Source: an uncultured virus (IMG/VR IMGVR_UViG_3300031886_000002)
Lineage: Duplodnaviria; Heunggongvirae; Uroviricota; Caudoviricetes
Length of the DNA: 64,000 nucleotides
Reading direction: 5' to 3' (one strand)
Virus record (IMG/VR): IMGVR_UViG_3300031886_000002
Of the stretch, positions 61,226 through 64,000 are shown piece by piece. The stretch's first letter is position 1, and the number at the start of each line of letters is the position of its first letter. The position numbers were made by a program, and so were the translations under genes. Below the pieces are notes generated by a model that ran no database searches, was not told the DNA's origin, and worked only from the letters and a program-made list of their open reading frames with translations.

Positions 61226-61620
61226 GCGCTGAACTATTCTATCCCGTTGGTACAATGAACTTAGTCTGTCTAAGTAAAAGTAGCCTGTTAAATCCCACCT
61301 GAAGATATTTAGGTAATAACATTGTTGAAGAGTTTTTGGTCTCTTCGCTACTACCAACAAAATAATACAAATATGCTCGCATTACAATCAACGGTGACTC
61401 ATAAAAGTGATGCTCGTCAATACGGTAAACCCCGTTGAACCGATATATTGACAGATTGATACTGACTCGGCATGGTTGAAGTACAGTTATCAATGGAGTT
61501 AGGTAGAGGACACAAAACTACTACAGTAAAGTATGGATTATAAAGACCCGGTGGCTTAAAAGCCATCAAAAATAATAGTCTTCTAAGCAATGATAATTGT
61601 TACCATACTGCCTAACTCCT
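61225..61620 (+). ncRNA. Putative ~400-nt structured RNA
   Basis: Several stems, a crossing stem pair, G-U pairs on the + strand; no credible ORF. Confidence 0.55.
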
Positions 61621-61645
61621 TAATACATACTGCTAGATTTCAAAT

Positions 61646-61723
61646 GCTCCATTGGTGTAGTCTGGCCCATCATACAGGGTTTTCGACTCTGTGACACGGA
61701 TTCAAATTCCGTATGGAGCACCA
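61646..61723 (+). tRNA. trnE: tRNA-Glu (TTC) with encoded CCA
   Basis: Acceptor gctccat/atggagc, anticodon arm caggg-ttTTCga-ctctg, T arm acgga-ttcaaat-tccgt, 3' ACCA. Confidence 0.92.
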
Positions 61724-61804
61724 ATTTAACTCAAATAATCTTATGGATGAATAAGATTACACAACCCTTATAGGGAACGCCCCACTCCAAAATACTACAG
61801 GAGA

Positions 61805-62182
61805 ATGACTATGAAGAAATGGAAGAAACAGAACAAGACAAGAATGAAGATATGGTATACAATGGACAAATATAGAGAATCGTCAGATTATCTAGAAACG
61901 ATAGAAACCCTTGAAGGCTATCAAGCGTATTTGAATACGCCAATGGCTGCATCATATGTAAATATAGAAGTGGAGACTGGCGAGATAATATCAGTCTCTA
62001 GAGAATTAGTGCTTAAGGTGAGATTCCTTAATTTACCTGATTGGACCCTATTAGGTGAAACACAAGTATCAGACGCCGCGAAGATGAGAATACTAAATCT
62101 AGATAATGATTTAGAAATCCAACGAGAGACATTTGACCAAGAAAAGAGATTGAGAGAAGCAAAAGGAGAGGAATTTCAATGA
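61805..62182 (+). CDS. Hypothetical protein
   Basis: GGAG RBS, TATA-like box upstream. Confidence 0.7.
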   Translation: MTMKKWKKQNKTRMKIWYTMDKYRESSDYLETIETLEGYQAYLNTPMAASYVNIEVETGEIISVSRELVLKVRFLNLPDWTLLGETQVSDAAKMRILNLDNDLEIQRETFDQEKRLREAKGEEFQ

Positions 62183-62424
62183 AACAAGAAGAAGTAAAAA
62201 GAGAGATTGAATTTAGATTAGTGGATGATGAAGATATGCCACCTATTGTTATAACTATAGGAGAGAATGATTTACCTAAAGTTGTAATCAATAGACATTA
62301 CACTATATGGCTAACGCTTTACCGTAAGTGTATAGGTGGCTGTGCTGAATCCATGTTTGAAAAGATAGATGAACTACTTACGGCTCATCTATCAGAACAA
62401 AGAGTATTTGAGAGGCTGGAATAA
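62179..62424 (+). CDS. Hypothetical protein
   Basis: ATGA-coupled. Confidence 0.7.
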   Translation: MKQEEVKREIEFRLVDDEDMPPIVITIGENDLPKVVINRHYTIWLTLYRKCIGGCAESMFEKIDELLTAHLSEQRVFERLE

Positions 62425-62588
62425 TGCGAGATAGAGAAATGGGATTAGATGAATTTGGAGGTAAGCACATGTATCTATCTGTAATAACATGGCTACGCTC
62501 TCAATACCCAGAATTATTACAACAATGGGAACATAAAGTTAGAGATGCTGTTGAATGGGCAGACACAACAAAATTGGAGGACAAGTAA
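62424..62588 (+). CDS. 54-aa hypothetical protein (not in ORF track)
   Basis: TAATG-coupled; fills the gap exactly. Confidence 0.6.
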   Translation: MRDREMGLDEFGGKHMYLSVITWLRSQYPELLQQWEHKVRDAVEWADTTKLEDK

Positions 62589-62945
62589 ATGACAGAATTA
62601 CCTATAATGAAACATATAGTGTTAACAACAATAGGTTGTCAACCATGTAAACAATTAGAAGCATACTTAATAGCAAACCAAACAACCTCATGGTCATGGG
62701 TATACCATCATATCAGACCTGAGTTATTTGATGTATTAGCAGTATCTTCTACACCTTCTCTTGTAGCACAAGTAGGGCCAAACGAATATAAGTTAGTGGC
62801 CGTAGGACTACAAGAATGTATAGACTATCATAGAGTGTGGAAACACCCATCAAGCATTGTCCACAATGAACAAGAACCAACTGTTGAAGAAGAACTATCA
62901 CTAGACACTGAAGAAGAAGAATGGACTAAGGAGGAAGAAGAATGA
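62589..62945 (+). CDS. Thioredoxin/glutaredoxin-like protein
   Basis: CQPC active-site motif and V.STP cis-Pro motif. Confidence 0.7.
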   Translation: MTELPIMKHIVLTTIGCQPCKQLEAYLIANQTTSWSWVYHHIRPELFDVLAVSSTPSLVAQVGPNEYKLVAVGLQECIDYHRVWKHPSSIVHNEQEPTVEEELSLDTEEEEWTKEEEE

Positions 62946-64000
62946 GTAATATAATACCAAAGAGAGCATTGACTAATGGTAGATGGGATAAAAAACTAAA
63001 GGAAAACATGGTTGCCCTATCTGTTGCTGATAACTATAATGAAGCAAAACATGAATGGATAGCAACAGGACAAGTTTGGTGGGAACTATTAGGTGATATA
63101 CCTAATTGGGCAAATCAACATAGTCACAAATGTTTATGTGGGCATGATATTGTATACCATTTTGAGATTCATAATACTGAAACAGATGTTAGAGAGTGTG
63201 TTGGTTCAGACCACATTAACTCCTATCTAATTCTAAGGGCTATTCATGAAGAGACAGGAGTAGCAACAGAGCATATTACTGATGCAATGATTGAAGAATG
63301 GATTAATGTCCGAGTGCAATCATTGAAGAAGGAAGCATGGTGGAAGGTGCATGGTGACCAATTTACCGAGATGTTTGATGCAGTTAAAGACTTAGACTTA
63401 AGAATAAATGTCAGGAAGAAAGGTAGATATTACGATGAAACCTACAGACAATATAGAGATAAAACTTACATCAGAAAGAGAGCAGATGGAAACTTTGGAG
63501 CGCCCGATTATAGGATGGCTTCTATTGTATGGCGGTGGAATCACCCGGAAAACCCAAAGGCTCAAACAACTAGATTAGGTTATCCAAACCAAAGGCTATT
63601 CAATGACTTGATGATATTCTATTATTCAATAGAAAAGGCTAAGGTTAGAATTGAAAAAGAAGACAAAAAGTTAGTGAAAAGGCTTGACCATCTAAAAGAA
63701 TTTGATGAACAACAAAGACTAGCGAGGGAGGCCGAAAAAGAAAGGCGTGAAAAGTTAGTCGCAGAAGTGGAGACTCAGGAAAATGACCCGATTTTTCAAG
63801 AAGCCTGCGAATACTATGGTGTAAAACCCTTTATTCCTGAACAAGGAGACAACACATGGGAAAGAAAATTCCTCCTTAACATTAAGAAACAAATGTTATC
63901 AGGAAAACCTTTGTCAGAAAAACAGACACAGCGACTATGGATTGTATTAAATAATGAAAATGCTGTCCAAGAACCTGCGTCAGAAAGACAAAAACAGTAT
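62942..64000 (+). CDS. Hypothetical protein with CxCGH...VGSDH metal motif, truncated at the right edge (not in ORF track)
   Basis: ATGA-coupled start MSNIIPKRAL; N-terminal part translated, appears open to the window end. Confidence 0.65.
   Translation, partial: MSNIIPKRALTNGRWDKKLKENMVALSVADNYNEAKHEWIATGQVWWELLGDIPNWANQHSHKCLCGHDIVYHFEIHNTETDVRECVGSDHINSYLILRAIHEETGVATEHITDAMIEEWINVRVQSLKKEAWWKVHGDQFTEMFDAVKDLDLRINVRKKGRYYDETYRQYRDKTYIRKRADGNFGAPDYRMASIVWRWNHPENPKAQTTRLGYPNQRLFNDLMIFYYSIEKAKVRIEKEDKKLVKRLDHLKEFDEQQRLAREAEKERREKLVAEVETQENDPIFQEACEYYGVKPFIPEQGDNTWERKFLLNIKKQMLSGKPLSEKQTQRLWIVLNNENAVQEPASERQKQY

Noticed and set aside
61239..61493. Minus-strand ORF of 84 aa
   Set aside because: Opposes the local gene direction; region is better explained as structured RNA
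61724..61765. tRNA-associated HDV-like (theta) ribozyme
   Set aside because: Only a simple aatcttat/ataagatt hairpin follows the CCA; no nested double pseudoknot visible
1..64000. Alternative genetic code or stop-codon recoding
   Set aside because: Standard code gives dense, tightly coupled full-length genes, and the tRNA is not a suppressor

Overview
AT-rich segment of a tailed dsDNA virus (Caudoviricetes) of archaeal type. It is most consistent with a Marine Group II/Poseidoniales 'magrovirus'-like genome; this is inferred from gene order, an ATP-dependent ligase inside the head module, GGTGA Shine-Dalgarno motifs and TATA-like boxes. The minus strand (1-55364) carries a nearly continuous late region: tail fibre, 2462-aa tail-tip protein, tape measure, tail chaperone with a -1 frameshift, tail tube, neck genes, a small GTPase/membrane-protein block, major capsid protein, prohead protease-scaffold, DNA ligase, portal, a LAGLIDADG protein, terminase and about 19 kb of orphan genes. 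At least 24 otherwise unrelated proteins begin with a shared W-x-x-h-h-K peptide, a candidate capsid-targeting/protease-maturation tag. Around the strand switch (55.7-60.1 kb), ten copies of the palindrome CCATATGG delimit long, sequence-unrelated hairpins whose G-U wobbles favour the plus strand. Two divergently transcribed paralogous genes flank one of these clusters, making this a candidate undescribed RNA-array system. The plus strand then carries early-type genes, a ~400-nt structured element with a pseudoknot, and tRNA-Glu(TTC). All family assignments come from motif recognition, not database searches.
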